A stretch of 64,000 nt of DNA from Eledone cirrhosa (taxonomy: Eukaryota), in assembly GCA_964016885.1 (NCBI GenBank), contig OZ024741.1:331390001-331454000 (forward strand). The letters are read 5' to 3'. The stretch's first letter is position 1, and the number at the start of each line of letters is the position of its first letter. The position numbers were made by a program, and so were the translations under genes. Under the pieces are notes generated by a model, which ran no database searches, had not been told where the DNA came from, and was given only the letters and a program-made list of their open reading frames with translations. Shown one piece after another: positions 1 through 11,790 of the stretch.

Positions 1-647
1 GTTTGGGTGTTTTTTCATATTACTTTCAATATAGACAATCTGAAAAATGACATTGTGTTCAATAAACTATAGTCAAGATTTTTCTGAAATAATCTTTATT
101 GAATCTTTTGCAGCACTTCGGTTTCCAAAAGATGTCCCTCCAGTTGAAACACTGTTTGAGAACAAGAACATACTTCACACTGTAAATCTTGCTAAAGGTA
201 CAACAAATCTATGAAATGAACTGAACTGCAGCAGCTTCTTATCAAATACATATTAAAAGAAAGGAAAATTAATATTTACATATTTACAATATAAGGTCTT
301 AAGTTATGGTTTTTCAGATATGTGTTTACATCTTTGGAAATTCTATATAGGAAAAAGGAAAAATGGTATTCGTTGAATTCCATCTGTCTTTCTCCGCCCC
401 CTCTCTCTTTCTCTTTCTGTATATATATATATATTTATATATACACTTACACACACACACATATATATACACATACACAGACATAAAACATACACATATA
501 AACATAAATATATCTAAACACACAAACATACATATATATATAAACAAAACATTCATACATATTCATACATATACATACATATATATAAATAAATATTATA
601 TAAATAAAAAAAAACACACACACATATACATACATACATAAATATAG

Positions 648-1640
648 GCTATATTTCCTTTGCAAGGATAGTGGACGGGTGTTTAAAATGCATTTTAGCA
701 TCATAGAAGAGCCAGATAGTAACACTGAAGCAACATCTTCAACAAAGGAAAAAGCTCAGTGTTCATCTTGCCCAAGTTTATGAACATGAAAATAATAATA
801 TTGTTAGGATAACCACTGATCTAGAGGAGAGACAATAAATAAAACTGATACAAATCTCTCTCCCAGAAAAAACTGGAAAACCACTTAATGCGTGAACAAA
901 ATAAAAATAGACCAGTTCACTGAAAAGGTTGTACATTGGTACATGAGACAGAAAACATAGATCATATGGAGGGTAAACTATATTAAAAGCCTGACATGGA
1001 GTTCTGACAAATTCATAAAATTCAACCTTGAAGGATACCTCCATACAAACCAGGAACAAGAAATATCCACCAAGTACCTACTACACAAAAGAGAAAAGTT
1101 ATTAGTTAATAAATGTAAACTGTGCAAAACAAAGATTGAAGATGTTAGTCACATTATTGCCAACTCTGAAAGAATGTTTTATGACTATCTTCCTGTGAGG
1201 CATGATGTGGTAGCCTGAACAATCTGGAATGCATTATGGAAAATAACAACAGAGACTGATGGCTCAAAATAATATTGGTGGAACCTAGAAATAAAAACTG
1301 CCAACAAATTAAAACACCTGGCCTGATATTGTTTAAGACCACACACTAAAAACATGCTCTGTTGTAGAAGCCAGCTGCATACTTGATGTCAATGTAATAA
1401 GAAAAATACAAGAGAAGGAGAATACCTATGGACAATTGATGAGGAATTTGCCGATCCAGTATCCAAGATACACATTCAATTTCATACCTGTTATTATTAG
1501 AGTTATAAAATATATACCAACTCGCCTGGAGCAAAGTATGATTGAACTTGTATTTGTGAAGAAAGAACACAGCTAAATTGTTTGGTCAAGCAATGCATTC
1601 ATGTTCAATGTTAGTTGTGGAAAAGGGTGTCAGTCGCTCA
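648..1640 (+). pseudogene. Decayed RLE-type (R4/Dong/NeSL-like) non-LTR retrotransposon 3' fragment
   Basis: Manual translation across frameshifts gives RLYFLCKDSGR (RLYLPRxxGGRG-like), KCKLCKTKIEDVSHII (zinc knuckle), YLPVRHDVVA (RHD motif), YWWNLEIKT..PDIV and EKENTYGQL..FIPVII. Many stops. Confidence 0.65.
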
Positions 1641-1689
1641 TGGACTGTTGTAGTAGGACAAGACACATCAATAGAATGGACCTTGTTAA

Positions 1690-1943
1690 CCCTTTTGGTA
1701 CCAACCCACTTGAAACTGCCCTTCTAACATACAAAGCCATTTGTTTTAAAGTGTTTATATTTATCTAAAAATACCTTCTGTTATAATCTTATGTAAGAAC
1801 TTTTGTTTGTATATATTCCAAACACTAACTGAATAATGAGAAAGTTTGTCATATTACTAAATCCAATCAAATTCTTGATTGTTCGCAAAATGATTTGAAA
1901 ATTATAGGCAGTGTATTTCTTTATAAATATAGTAACGAAAGGA
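1690..1943. mobile_element. piggyBac-like MITE
   Basis: TTAA flanks at 1686-1689 and 1944-1947 with imperfect CCCTTT.../...AAAGGA termini. A related copy lies at about 41480-41689. Confidence 0.5.
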
Positions 1944-2910
1944 TTAAACTTATTTGCTCTTTCTATGATACTATATGAGTAAATCCAAAGACAGATATTT
2001 TACTAAGTCCCTCAAACTTTTTGATTACTTTCAAAATTACTCGAAATACATTGTCAGTGTATTTCATTTAAAAAAAAAAAAAATAGTAATAAAAGAGCTA
2101 AATCTGAGAGGTCTGACTTTGGCCAAACAATTTAGCTCTGACTTGATTTGTTGGTTAGTCTAAATTATTGTTATTATTGAAATCAATTATTGAATCATTA
2201 AAGTATCAAGCAAATTACCACATGATATTGGTTCTATCTAGTTCTTTACATACTGAGTTCAAATCCCTCCTGGCTTTGGCTTTCATTCTTCCAAATGGTT
2301 GATAAAATAAAGTGGCCCCTGGACACATTCTTACAGCTATCGGGGTGGAGATGGTTACGCACAAGTGTATCTCCCTCATCATCTTTTGGGGCAATGTCTT
2401 CTCCATCCTGTCAAATGGTGAGTAGTAAATACAGACCACACACACACACACATACACACACATATACACTCACAGTAAACAGTTATAAAATTTAAAACAC
2501 ACAAGTATCAGAGTTAATTTAATCAACCATTTCCTCCATACCCCTCCTATACAAAAATACTGGCCTTGGCCTTGTGCCTAAATCAGAAACCATTATTGAA
2601 ATCAATTTCCGTAGAGTAAATCTATGTTAAAGGTTAAATGTGTTGAAGTAAAGGTTGACAGCCACCACAGCGGCCATCAAATAACAAAACATTGACAGCT
2701 ATCATGTTTGAAATTTATCATAAATAAATATATAACTAGGAATATCTCTCCCTGCACCTCCTCTCCTTACATTGCTGACTAAACTTCAATATTAATATCT
2801 ATTTAGAATTCTAAATATATAACCTCAGTTCATTCAGTTTCTTAGAAATCAGGGTATAATGTTACCCATTCTTTCTTCAGCTTTGGAACTTTTTTTATTT
2901 ATTTCTCTCC

Positions 2911-2950
<40 letters not shown>

Positions 2951-3099
2951 TTGAGAGATGGGAGAGAGAGATGGAGAGATAGTTAAATATGTATGTGCAT
3001 ATATATCTATATCTGTATATATATGTATACATAATGGATGAATAGCCTATTAGCCTATTATATATATGTGTGTGTATATATATATATATATATGTCATC

Positions 3100-3300
3100 A
3101 TCATCATCACCGTTTTACGTTCATTCTTTCATGCTAGCATGGGTTAGACGGGCATATATATACATATATATATATATATATACATGAGCAAGGCATGGTC
3201 AGCCGACCAGACACTGCCCACAACAGGACAACCCGTCTAACCCATGCTAGCATGGAAGAACGGATGTAAAACGGTGATGATGATGATGATGATGATGATA
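3100..3300. mobile_element. Two oppositely oriented RTE-type 3' tails
   Basis: CCCGTCTAACCCATGCTAGCATG..AAAACGGTGATGATGAT occurs on - (about 3097-3152) and on + (about 3225-3299), each ending in a (GAT)n tail near TA-rich microsatellite. Confidence 0.7.
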
Positions 3301-3304
3301 CACA

Positions 3305-3348
<44 letters not shown>

Positions 3349-3384
3349 ATATAAGAGCAAAAGATGGTTAAAAGAGTTCCAAGT

Positions 3385-3451
3385 ATTTTATTATGCACAT
3401 TTCAAAAACAAATATCATCATGGGATGATATCTGCGTTCTCATCAGATAAA
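3385..3451 (-). ncRNA. Minimal type I hammerhead ribozyme
   Basis: The reverse complement reads TTAT CTGATGA G..stem II..T GAAA TGTGCA TA ATAA. Confidence 0.7.
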
Positions 3452-3540
3452 TTCGGGAGACATGATATGAAGCTTAAAAAACACTTGTGAATAGTGAAGT
3501 TTTAAATCAACATATATGTCAGAAACCACTATTAGTATTA

Positions 3541-3686
3541 CAAGCCTTTGCGCATGCGCAGTACGGACCAGCCTTTGCGCATGCGCAGTACGGACCACCC
3601 TTTGCACATGTGCAGTATGTACCAGACTTCGCGCATGCGCAGTACGAACCAGCCTTCGCGCAGGTGCACTTCGGACCAGACTTCGT
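3541..3686. repeat. 27-bp tandem repeat (about 5 units) carrying TGCGCATGCGCA
   Basis: The unit AGCCTTTGCGCATGCGCAGTACGGACC translates as the repeating AFAHAQYGP in the ORF track. Confidence 0.9.
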
Positions 3687-3756
3687 CTATATATATATGT
3701 TGATTTAAAACGTCACTATTCACAAGTGTTTTTTTAAGCTTCATATCATGTCTCCC

Positions 3757-3827
3757 TATTTTATCTGATGAGAACGCAGATATCATCCCATGATGATATT
3801 TGTTTTTGAAATGCGCATAATAAAATA
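3757..3827 (+). ncRNA. Minimal type I hammerhead ribozyme
   Basis: TATTTTAT CTGATGA(3765-3771) G, stem II CAGATATCATC/GATGATATTTG, T GAAA TGCGCA TA ATAAAATA. Stem I is 8 bp and stem III is palindromic. Confidence 0.8.
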
Positions 3828-3980
3828 CTTTTAACCATCTTTTGATCTTATATTATTTATACTCCAGTCCTACAAACTAAGTGTTACTTATCCGATATTT
3901 GCATTGCTTTATTGTGCTACAATAAAACTCACATATATATATAGATGTGAGAAAAACCACAGACCCTCCATCTCAACTCA

Positions 3981-4018
3981 CCTTTTGAAAAGCAGAAGAA
4001 CTGCGAAACCGGTAAAGG
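3981..4018 (+). ncRNA. Degenerate hammerhead motif
   Basis: CCTT TTGAAAA GCAG aagaa CTGC GAAAC CG GTA AAGG. All three stems are intact, with two substitutions relative to CTGAAGA. Confidence 0.6.
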
Positions 4019-4153
4019 AACCAAATAAATATATATATTTAAAAAAAAAATAAGATTCCAGTTGCATTTTCGATTTCATCTCTTTTTCTTTATACTTTCA
4101 CTCGTGTAGGACACCTCATCTTATTTTTCATTTTGTAAAAAAAACCTCACTTT

Positions 4154-4304
<151 letters not shown>

Positions 4305-4569
4305 TGAGAGGTTGAGAAAGATAGATTCTTTGAATTAAAGAGTTTATAGTTGTAAGTTAGAGTGAAGTTTAAATTAAGGAACCACTGGTAATATTACCAT
4401 TGAATTCTAAGTGAACAGTAATAACACAGCTAAATAATATTTAGTCATAAACATATATTTCATAGATATATTCTATTTGAAAGCCCATCGGTAGAACTTC
4501 ACCTGTAATCCAAAGGGCTTACCTTGTCACATACTGTCTCATGCTGAATCTCCCTGAGAATTACATTAA

Positions 4570-4791
4570 CCCTTTAGCATTTACATTACTCTATATACAC
4601 AATAAAATTTTCATGGTAAAGGCTTTACCTCACATAATTATCTCAAGTAATATTGAATCTATGAGATTTTGATATTATTTATTTTGAGAACAATACCTTA
4701 ACATCAGTATGAGTGACTGGTTACAGCCTGTTTGAACAGAAAGAGGTGAGAGAATTCTGGCCTGATTATGTCCAGTTTAAATGCTAAAGGA
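4570..4791. mobile_element. piggyBac-like MITE
   Basis: TTAA TSD and TIR CCCTTTAGCATTTA/TAAATGCTAAAGGA. A second copy in opposite orientation lies at 49379-49597. Confidence 0.8.
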
Positions 4792-5267
4792 TTAAAGATA
4801 CATGTATCTGTGGAATGCTCAGTCACTTATATGTTAATGAGCACACTGTTCCATTGAACAACTAGAACACTGATCCTTGTAATCAACAGAGGTTCATGAC
4901 AATGTACATATGATCAAACAGTCTGTTGAAGACACACAAAGAATTTATGAAAGACCTGTAATACATTTAGCAGAGATAGAGCTCTAAACACAAATATTGA
5001 TTTCCAATATCTGTATTATGTTTCTAGAATTTTGAATGGGTAAAAGGGTAAAAGGCTCTCAACTTTTGATCAAGTCATAGAAGCACCATTCTGACACACA
5101 GCCTGTTGGGGGGAGCACTATCCTGACACACAGCCTATGATAGGGCACTATTGTGACACACCGCATGGTGTAAGAACATTATCCTGAAACACAGTATGTC
5201 TTGGGAATTTTAAATGCTGGGAGACAGAGCTCAGTCCTCTCCAGATCAGAACACAGTTGATTTCTTC

Positions 5268-5336
<69 letters not shown>

Positions 5337-6339
5337 AGAGAGAGAGAGAGAGAGAGAAAGATGTATTAACCTCAGTATTGAAGATGGATTTTATCTGTCA
5401 AAAGAATAAAAGGCACTGTTCTAAATTAAGCCATAAATATATCACATCGACGATGTGAGGTGTTACTGAAAACACAAACTACACCTCTCTCCTGCCATCC
5501 CTCTCTCCCTCCCTATCTTTTATCTTTCTCTTTTTCCTTGTTTCATTGAAGGATCACTGTCCAAAACGTCCAACATTCCCTATTTCTTCATTACAGAATA
5601 AAACTAAAAACTATATACTGTATACACATGTTTGCTGTTTCTTCTTGTTTTGTTTTGTTCTATATACATTTTCATTAATCCACAACACCTTTATTCAAGA
5701 AATAAATATGTTTTTATAGAAAACCCCTCAACTATTGTTATCATTAAATTATATGTTATAATATTTATGTATACATTTGTTAATCTATGGAGTAGAAATG
5801 TATGATTTAACTGTGAAGATATAAGTCTAGTACTTGGAGTTCAAATCCCGCCATGGTCAACTTTCATCCTTTTGAGGTTGATAAAAAAAGTACCAGTTTA
5901 GTAGAGTTGAGTTTTCCTCTATATTTATTTCTTGCTTCCTGTGTCTCACTCTCTCTATCCTTCTCTGGAAGAAATCTGCTGTACTCAGGCCTGGAGAAGT
6001 AATTGGCTCCACCAGGCTTCAAAATGTCATTATGGCGCCCCTACATCTTTCTCAGGAGGTCCATACCATACCATATATGGAAGAAAATATACAGTGCCTA
6101 CATGGGTGTGTCATTAAGAAGATCACTTTACAAATGTGATCTTGGGTTTGATCTCATTGTGGAACACTTTTGGGCAAATGTCATCTACCATAGTTTGTGA
6201 CTGAAATTTGGCAGGCAGAAACTATGCAGAAGTTCATTGCATATAATATGTGTGTGTGTGTGTTTAGGTGGGTAGGTTTGTGTATACATACACACAAGTG
6301 CACCAGTTTCTGTTTACCTTATATTAATATGGTTTCTGA

Positions 6340-6550
6340 TTTAGGCACAAGGCCAATCATTTTGGGAGAGAGTAAAGTTGATTAAATCAACCCCAATGCA
6401 TTACTGGTATTTTATTTTATCAATCCCATACAGATGAAAGGCTAAGTAACCCTTGGCAGGATTTGAATTCAGAACATAGAGGGATGTAACTATATGCTGC
6501 AAAGAATGTTGTCTGAGGCTCTACTGATACTGCAAATTCACTTCCCCCAC
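6340..6550 (-). mobile_element. tRNA-derived SINE family B (diverged)
   Basis: Similar to the reverse complement of the 53770-53985 copy (TTAGGCACAAGGCCAA, ACTGGTATTTTATTTTATC, GGATTTGAATTCAGAA). Confidence 0.7.
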
Positions 6551-6586
6551 CTTACATTAATATAAACATGTTCGCATTCTCTACCA

Positions 6587-6650
<64 letters not shown>

Positions 6651-6657
6651 TCACATA

Positions 6658-6857
6658 CAAGGGTTGGCTGAAAAGCTCATAAGCTGACCAAGATACTCTC
6701 ATGGAATGACCAAATGAGGTTTATTTTTTTTAACATGGTCCCTGGAAAGAAATAATGCACTTATTAATAAGAAAAGTTGAAACGAATGCATGCAATATTT
6801 CACAGCCCTAGCATTAATTCTTCACAGTCAGCCTATGAACTTTTCAGGTGACCCTTG
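6658..6857. mobile_element. Tc1/mariner-type MITE
   Basis: TA TSD and about 30-bp imperfect TIRs CAAGGGTTGGCTGAAAAGCTCATAAGCTGAC / GTCAGCCTATGAACTTTTCAGGTGACCCTTG. Confidence 0.8.
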
Positions 6858-7687
6858 TACATACACAAATAGCTCATACACAATTTCCAATGTACCAAAA
6901 CCCACTTTGAAGACATTGGTCCATCCAAGGCTATGATAGAAGAAAGATACTTGCTCAAGGTTCCACACAGCAGGATCAAGCTCTGAATGACGTTGTTGGA
7001 AATTTTCTTGACCACAGAGGCATCAATATCTATAGACATACCAACACCCATAGCCATACCAATACATTTCTGTCAATGTTTTCACATTGTTGATCAAAAC
7101 TAAACATTTCTATATTAAATCTGAAGCTACATACAACTTTAAACATTGTGTGGATACTTGTGCAAATATCTTTTTAGAGAAAAGAACCCTATTTGTGTTG
7201 AGTGAGAAACCTACAAAAGAAGGATATTGATATACGTATATATATCAAAAACAGTTTGGCACTGACGGCAGCAAAAGTAGTGAAGTTAATATCAATGAAC
7301 AAGGGCACTGAAGTGGTCAAAATCTAATGTACAAGCTGTGCACCAGCTGTCTGAACATATTTATACAAAGCCATTGTGATGTCAATAATATGTTCACAGA
7401 CAAAACAGGAAAAAATATATATAATATATAATAAAATAAAATATAAAGGAAATTAGATATTGGGGAATTTTCTGAGATAAGAAAAATTATATTTTCCTCC
7501 TATTTTTCTCTGCAATAAGAGTACATAGGTTAAAGGAATATTCCAAGGGGACAGCCTTTTTTAAAATTTTTGTATTAATATTATTATTATTATTTTTCGT
7601 AATCTCCATAGTAATCAATAATAAGGAAAGCCAAAGGGTAAAAAATTGGATCTGATAATGGTAAGAACAGAAATACTGACATGACTA

Positions 7688-7747
<60 letters not shown>

Positions 7748-8730
7748 ATACACACATATATATATATGTATTGAAAAGAAAGGAAAAGCATATGTAAAAC
7801 AATGATATATATATATATTAGTTTATGTATGTATACAGTATACATGTGTGTGTGTTATATATGTATTTATACCCCCCTCTCAGATATATATTTTGATAAC
7901 TGGGGATTTCATACTGGTAACAAGCCAGAATGTAGAAATAACTGGACCTACTAGCTTGTATATACCCCATGATAGCATGTACAATAATAACAAAACTTTG
8001 ATCTTTGAATATATTTTCTGTCTACCAACTTTATAAAAAAGAACATTTAACCCCTTTTGTGACCATATTTCTAACCAGAATATACAACCTTCGTGTTTTA
8101 ATTATCAAAATATAAAAGGATAGTCCTAGCTTCTATTTCTAATTCTTTATTATATATATCATATTTGCAACACATCTCGCCATTTTTCATTCATATATGC
8201 TTTCCCCTTCGTTGTGACCTGTCTTTTTCTCTTCCCTTACTGCTATCCTCTTTCTCTCTCCCCCTTCTCTCTCCTTCTTCTTACTTTCACTCACCCCCTC
8301 TGCTAGTCACTCTCTCTCGGCTAGCCTCTTCCTCATACTTTCACTCACTCACTCTCTGTTACTCACCCTCTCTCTCACTTCCTCCATCATCCCACACCGT
8401 ACAAGATTCTTTCCTCGCTCACATCTGCACGGCCAAGATGTGTCTTTGCCTTCTCGTCAATAGTCGCAAGGTCTTATGTTCAAAATGAATCATTGACTTG
8501 ATTTTCTCATTTTTTCCTCTCTTTACGTTGCCTCACCATTCGTGTTTGTTTACCTGTCTCTCTTTCTCCACCCAACTCTTTTTATCCCAATAACTTAATT
8601 TAGTTATTGTATTGCCCTAGCCGGAGGTATATGGTCTGTAATGTGAAGAAATACCTATGATGGCTAGTAGACCACTGATGATGGATAGTCCTGGCTTCTA
8701 TTTCTAATTCTTTATATATATATATATATA

Positions 8731-8930
8731 TATTAAAATAACAGATTAAAATTTAAGCAAAGAATCGCTACTTTCACCCTTAACGTTAAGGGTGAAAGCA
8801 GCGATTCTTTGCTTAAACTTTAATCTGTTATTTTAATAAATATTTGCTCTACGGTTCTTATATATTTGATATATATTTATCCTTATCGAGCCCTCTTTGG
8901 ATTTTAGTCTTCAAATTTATTTTTATTACT
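8731..8930 (+). repeat. Near-perfect palindrome (about 8731-8838) plus PLE pLTR-like tail
   Basis: Apex CCCTTAACGTTAAGGG. The right arm is identical to 25446-25503, and the tail 8885-8930 matches 15640-15690 (-) and the start of 24117 (+). Confidence 0.8.
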
Positions 8931-8959
8931 ATATATATATATACACACATATGTATGTG

Positions 8960-9476
8960 TTGCACGATGGCATTAATTGATAATTATTAATAATGTTATA
9001 TCGTGCAATGGCAATACACGATAACGAGGGGGCAGCCATCATCATGTATGTATGTATGTATGTATGTATGTATGTATGTATGTATGTATGTATGTATGTA
9101 TGTATGTATGTATGTATTATGTAGGTATGTATATATTAGAAATAGGCTGGATATCCAGTCGCGCACTTAAACTACTAGGGATGAAGGACCCCTAGCCTTT
9201 GTCAGGGTATTCTTCTAGGAGAAGCAACTCAGGAAACTGGGATAACTCCGATATAAAACCTGCGGCTCAGTAGTTACCGATGATGTTGATCTTTTCTTCT
9301 TTGGGGTTATAGCTACTGTCGCTCAGAGAGTGGGATTGGCTCAGTGCACAGTCTTTCCTCACTTTAAAAAAAATCTTCATGCACAGACATTGCACGATAG
9401 AATTAATTAATAATTATTAAAAATGGTATATGGTGCAATGGCCATACTCGATAACGAGGGGGCAGCCATCATCATG
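8960..9476 (+). mobile_element. Unclassified retroposon with duplicated 3' end
   Basis: About 85 bp TTGCACGAT...GATAACGAGGGGGCAGCCATCATCAT at 8960-9045 and again at 9391-9476, each followed by (TATG)n. Confidence 0.5.
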
Positions 9477-9614
9477 TATGTATATATGTTTGTATGTATG
9501 CATGTGTGTTGCATGAGCATAGCCATTTCTTCTGCTTTTGCTGCAGCATATGCAAAAAGTAATCTAAGTCCTTGGCAGGGCTAAAATGTCATGTTCGTAC
9601 CCCCCATGTATGAG

Positions 9615-9825
9615 AAAGAGATGAAGGGATGGCAAGGCCACTGGGGAAGATGAAATCCAGCCTGAAATGTTAAAAGCCTTAAATAGAGAAGATATTTTCT
9701 GACTGACTTTTATGTGCTGGATGGCCTGGATGTCTGGAAAGGCACCTAAGCAATGGCAATCAGGAGTGATGATCCCAATTTTCAAAAAGGAAGATAAGAA
9801 AGATTGTTCCAATTACAGAGGGACC
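9615..9825 (+). pseudogene. RTE-type RT N-terminal fragment
   Basis: GKATGEDEIQPEMLKAL...PKQWQSGVMIPIFKKEDKKDCSNYRG with an in-frame stop. Confidence 0.85.
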
Positions 9826-10763
9826 TTGGCGAAAGACTTTGATGACATCATCAGGTGTAGATTGCATAAATATTCAATTAATAAAAGGAAATATAGCAAA
9901 CACAAACAGAGAATAGCGAATATACTTGATTTGTAGATAGCTCACGAAATTTGGTGTTATTGTCTGAACAACACTCATCTATAAGCATATATAGAAGACA
10001 CCAAGATGAGAGAATATGATAATAGTCATATAATAGGACAAGAGACATGATGTAGACCGTTCAATAATTTAATGACTCTGCTAATCTACAGCCCTCAATT
10101 TTGGAAAAATAAAATATATGAATAATGTTATAAAGATTTTTCAAATCTGTCAGATTTTAATAACTGATTGATAACTATTTCAGAAAGCCAGTAGAATGTG
10201 GTAGAAATATATAAAAGGCAAGGGATGACAAATAAAAGAAAATAAAGTAATGTTTTTCTTACCCAGTATATTTCAACCATAATATTTCAATATTTCAGGG
10301 TTAAACTCTCTTTTTAAATTTAAAAAAAAAAAAAAAAAAAATAAAGCAACGATATGTTCTTCTTTAACTGGTCGAAGTGTCTGGATTGTACATGCATTAG
10401 ATTTGTTTCGAAGGTGAAGGTATCGCTAATTGAGGCTACCATCTGTTCTTTTATTAAGTGGACTATTTTACCACAACATATCTCCTTTCCTATCACAGGA
10501 CTATTGTCATGTTCTTTCATGTTGGTATCTTTCACATCATCTTAAAACCAGCAACAAAATGTTCTTATCATTGTGTCACATTCTGTGTGTGTGTCTTCAT
10601 TTTTAGGTTTAACTGGGCTTTTTTCATCAGGTATTGTATGACTTAACTGTTGTGCATTTAATTCAATACATGTAAGTTTTGTTTTGTTTTTGTCATTTGA
10701 TGTCAAAACTCTATGTGTCCATTTTGAAGGCCGATAACTAGAGTTTTGTACATGTTGCCAATG

Positions 10764-10842
<79 letters not shown>

Positions 10843-10891
10843 TATACATATACATATATATATATATATAATGTATATATTATAAATATAG

Positions 10892-10922
<31 letters not shown>

Positions 10923-11030
10923 TCACAAGTGGTATGCCAGTTTGAGCACTCGATGCTATTGGGGAGCAGAGTATCGATAATAATAATTAGGTAACAAAGA
11001 ATCAGTATTGCATCATATACATATTTAATG

Positions 11031-11121
11031 ACATATTACATATGTTTCACTGCCGATCAACTCGGGGAACGATCAATTATATTCTTTCCTGACTCTGGAA
11101 TCGAAAGCTCCTCAGATATGT
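11031..11121 (-). ncRNA. Type I hammerhead ribozyme with enlarged stem II
   Basis: The reverse complement reads ACATAT CTGAGGA GC..about 60 nt..GT GAAAC ATAT GTA ATATGT, with a 6-bp stem I and a GUA cleavage triplet. Confidence 0.75.
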
Positions 11122-11249
11122 GTTCTCACATGTGGACTCATGTCCAAACGTAGTGAAAAAAGTGGGAAATTATATCCAGAAATGTTAGAGCAGTCCAAAG
11201 ACAAGTTTGCCACACCAAAATAACAAACCATACTTGAAGGCATGTGTTT

Positions 11250-11283
11250 CACCCAAAGGATTATTCAACGTGAGTTGAATAAT

Positions 11284-11362
<79 letters not shown>

Positions 11363-11405
11363 CAGAAGGATTATTCAACTCATGTTGAATAATCCTTCGG
11401 GCGAG
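11250..11405. repeat. Nested palindrome around (TC)n(TA)n(GA)n
   Basis: The hairpin AAGGATTATTCAAC-gtga-GTTGAATAATCCTT appears twice in inverted orientation on either side of the microsatellite. Confidence 0.9.
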
Positions 11406-11555
11406 GTTTAGCAAGCTTTCAATGACTGGATGCCCTTCCTATCACCAACCACTGTACTGGGTGCATTTATTGTGTAGATCACCAACACTAAGGAGGTTGT
11501 TGTGTCGTTGACATGACTGAAGGGTGGTCCCAACATATTCATACAAATGTATATA

Positions 11556-11790
11556 TGATTGCATTGGTATGGACATGTGATGCGTATGAAGGATGACAGC
11601 TGCATAAAATTGTACAGGGCAATGAAAATTGATGGAAGCTGTGGAGTGGGTAGACCAAGAAAAACCTGGGACGAGGTGATAAAAACTGACCTTGCCCACC
11701 TACACCTCTCTAAGACAATGACACTGGATCGAGACCTTTGGCGCCATGCAGTTTTACAGAAGACCCGGCTACCATTGCATACAAACCTAC
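11556..11790 (+). pseudogene. RTE LINE 3' fragment
   Basis: LHWYGHVMRM...GVGRPRKTWDEVIKTDL...DRDLWRHAV, homologous to the C-terminus of the 37052-37963 ORF. Confidence 0.9.

Larger units (their letters stand above)
3345..3860. repeat. Inverted repeat (about 170-bp arms) of PLE pLTR-like sequence enclosing a 27-bp tandem array
   Basis: About 3345-3517 is the near reverse complement of about 3692-3860, and each arm holds a hammerhead motif. Confidence 0.9.

Noticed and set aside
5545-5575. TGAAGGATCACTGTCCAAAACGTC resembling the 15105 HHR
   Set aside because: Both core blocks are broken, so it is too degenerate to call.
8670-8700. CTGATGA TGGATAGTCC possible hammerhead
   Set aside because: The GAAA and cleavage half are missing, so it is at best a remnant at a direct-repeat junction (about 8118 and 8683).
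10320-10646. Possible host exon or LINE ORF1 remnant
   Set aside because: There is no recognisable motif or convincing splice structure, and all frames have stops.
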